A stretch of 64,000 nucleotides of DNA from Bacillota bacterium (GTDB lineage Bacteria > Bacillota > Sulfobacillia > JAJZYS01 > JAJZLH01). Below are positions 61,840 to 64,000 of the stretch, piece after piece. The position numbers and the translations under genes are program-made. The first letter of the stretch is position 1; every line of letters starts with the position of its first letter. The notes beneath the pieces are model-generated. The model was not told where the DNA came from and ran no database searches. It saw only the letters and a program-made list of their open reading frames with translations. Location of the stretch: contig JAJZLY010000005.1 of assembly GCA_021850485.1 (NCBI GenBank), positions 12,686 through 76,685 of the forward strand, written 5' to 3'.

Positions 61840-63026
61840 GCACGGTCGCCCAGCACCAGGCGCAGCGCATCTCATTGCCGAGAAGGCCGTTTCCGCTGAC
61901 TGGCGGCGATAGCTTGCCCGAAGTGCAGGTGGCAGTGCGCACCTGGGGTCACTACGATGCAAACGCCAACCGCGGCGCTGGCAACGCCGTGCTCATCTGC
62001 CACGCCCTGACCGGAGACCAAGACCCAACGACCTGGTGGCCCGGTGTGGTCGGGGTCGGCCGAGCGATTGACCCAAAGCTCCACTTCATCATCGGCCAAA
62101 ACGTGCTGGGTGGCTGTCAGGGCACCACCGGGCCGCTTAGCATAGATCCGGCCAGCGGCCGCCCGTGGGGGCTGACATTTCCCAGCGTCCAGGTCGCGGA
62201 TATGGTGGCGGTGCAGGCGGATCTGCTAGAGCAGCTCGGTGTTTCGCACCTGTGGCTGGTGGCCGGTGGATCACTCGGCGGCATGCAGGCCCTGGCCTGG
62301 GCCATGCTCCACCCCGGCCGGCTGGAGCATGCGCTGGTGGCTTGTGCACCGTGGGCCAGTCCGCCCATGGCCATCGCCTGGAATGAGATCGGCCGCCAGG
62401 CCATCTTGCTGGACCCGGATTTTGCCAACGGATCCGACCCCTCGGGCCAGACGGCAGGACGCGGCCTGTCGGTGGCTCGCATGCTGGCCATGACCACCTA
62501 CCGCAGCCACCAGGATCTACATCAGCGCTTTGGCCGAGACATGCTGGACTCTGCCACCGACCCGGTGTTCGCCCGCAGTGGGCCCTATGCCACAGAGCTG
62601 CCGCGCACATTTCGCTTCGCGCCGCACTACCAGGTCGAAAGCTACCTGCACTATCAGGGGGAGAAATTGCGCCGACGCTTTGACGCCTTCTCCTATCTCT
62701 ACCTGACCGCGGCCATGGATGGCTTCGACGGCGCACAGCTGACGGTCGGCCAGTTGACTGGGCCGTTGCCCCGGGTGCACGTGCTTGGCGTGGACAGCGA
62801 TCTGCTCTACCCAGAGCCAAGTGTGCGTGAGGTATGCCTGCAGCTGGGTGCCCTGGGCTACCCGGCCAGCTACCAACAGCTGAAAAGTGCCAGTGGCCAT
62901 GACGCCTTCTTGCTGGAAGGTGCCTTGGTCGGGCGAGAGATCGACGCATTGCTTCAAGACCGCACCTTGCCGGCCGCCGCCAGCCTGGCGGCCGCAGCAC
63001 ACGGCCGATCTGCAGGCGGCAGGTGA
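61836..63026 (+). CDS. metX: Homoserine O-acetyltransferase
   Basis: GTG overlaps the metY stop. [23 protein letters not shown] (nucleophile elbow). Alpha/beta hydrolase. Confidence 0.9.
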   Translation: MSTVAQHQAQRISLPRRPFPLTGGDSLPEVQVAVRTWGHYDANANRGAGNAVLICHALTGDQDPTTWWPGVVGVGRAIDPKLHFIIGQNVLGGCQGTTGPLSIDPASGRPWGLTFPSVQVADMVAVQADLLEQLGVSHLWLVAGGSLGGMQALAWAMLHPGRLEHALVACAPWASPPMAIAWNEIGRQAILLDPDFANGSDPSGQTAGRGLSVARMLAMTTYRSHQDLHQRFGRDMLDSATDPVFARSGPYATELPRTFRFAPHYQVESYLHYQGEKLRRRFDAFSYLYLTAAMDGFDGAQLTVGQLTGPLPRVHVLGVDSDLLYPEPSVREVCLQLGALGYPASYQQLKSASGHDAFLLEGALVGREIDALLQDRTLPAAASLAAAAHGRSAGGR

Positions 63027-63109
63027 ATCCGGCCAGGACACAATTTTCAGACTGCGCTCGAAGCTTTTAGCATCCCAGGCTCTGAGAGGGGTGCGCCGGA
63101 TGTCGGGTT

Positions 63110-64000
63110 GGCGGTTTCGGCTGCGATCGATGATGGTCCTTAGTGGATTGAGTGTGGCGGTGTTGATGCTCACGGCCTCGGTGCCAGTGGTCTCGGCCAA
63201 AGGGTCGAACTTCCTAACCGGGGTGCTGCCACCCCCGCCGCCCGGTTCCACGTCCACCTATAACATTGCCGCTGAGCCGCAGATCCGCTCCACGCCGAAC
63301 GGAAACTTCTACATCAGTTCGGAGAACGGACTCGGAGCCGGCACCGACGCCTGGAAGTCGACCAACGGCGGCCAGTCATACGGCGCCTTGGTCCAACCCA
63401 ATGCGGTGTCTTCTGCCAACACAAGCCAGACCACAGGCCTGGCCCCGGGCGGTGGCGACACTGATCTGTCCACGGCGCCGGTTGTGAACGGATCTACCGC
63501 GAACAGCCACTACAACGTGTACGTGGCCAGTTTGACCCTGGGCAATGTGACGGTCAGCGCCTCGCAAAACGGCGGGTTGAGCTGGCAAAAGCAGGTCCTG
63601 TCAGCCACGGTGCCGGCAGACGACCGGGAGTGGATCGCGGCGCAAGGGGCGAGCAACTATGTCCTCTCCTATCACGCCGTCGGCGACGGCGATCAGATCA
63701 TCGTCAATCAAGGTACCTTGGTCCAGGGCGTGCCGACCACCGTGCAGACATACAACGCCATCAATCCGGCGCAGACCGATATCTATCTGGGCACCTACCT
63801 GGACAACGAGATCGGCAACATCGTCGTCAACCAACAGACTGGCATGGTGGCCCAGGTGTTCGCCGGCTGCGCTCCCAGCGCCACGGCCATCGTTAGCTGC
63901 ACGAACTTCAACACCGTGTACGTGGCGATCGGCACGCCCAGCGGTGTGAACGCGTCCGGCTTGCCGGTGCTGTCCTTCCAGGACTACATCGTGTACCAGT
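63110..64000 (+). CDS. Secreted BNR/Asp-box repeat protein (sialidase-like beta-propeller), 3' end outside window
   Basis: Signal peptide MSGWRFRLRSMMVLSGLSVAVLMLTASVPVVSA. Asp-box-like repeats STNGGQSY and SQNGGLSW. Frame open to the window end. Confidence 0.6.

Overview
This 64 kb window is chromosomal DNA from a high-GC bacterium whose gene order and RNA regulators look Firmicutes-like. It has a T-box leader (Val specifier GUC) before valS, a SAM-I riboswitch before metY-metX, and L27 made with an N-terminal propeptide next to its Prp protease. It also carries the obg-nadD-yqeK-rsfS run and valS-folC-radC-mreBCD-pbp2-rodA synteny. Most genes are housekeeping: two zwf paralogs, tig-clpP-clpX, sucAB, lon, a pentose-phosphate cluster with a transaldolase/PGI fusion and a short-form gnd, and hom-metY-metX. 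Accessory content is a vapBC pair with a 52-bp palindromic operator, a DUF2089-DUF4097-MFS-MFS-bioY operon, a GH4/kinase/MFS/PIG-L sugar cluster, and an AT-rich-promoted DUF3494 surface protein with an adjacent extended sortase. A 3.5 kb degenerate integrative island sits at tRNA-Ala(GGC). It holds two decayed integrases, a HicB-like gene, a 60-bp tandem-repeat protein and a displaced tRNA 3'-half copy. The most striking single observation is a Bcp-type peroxiredoxin whose reading frame has an in-frame TGA exactly at the peroxidatic Cys position. That makes it a candidate selenocysteine peroxiredoxin, which the six-frame track splits into two ORFs. No CRISPR arrays or transposases were seen.
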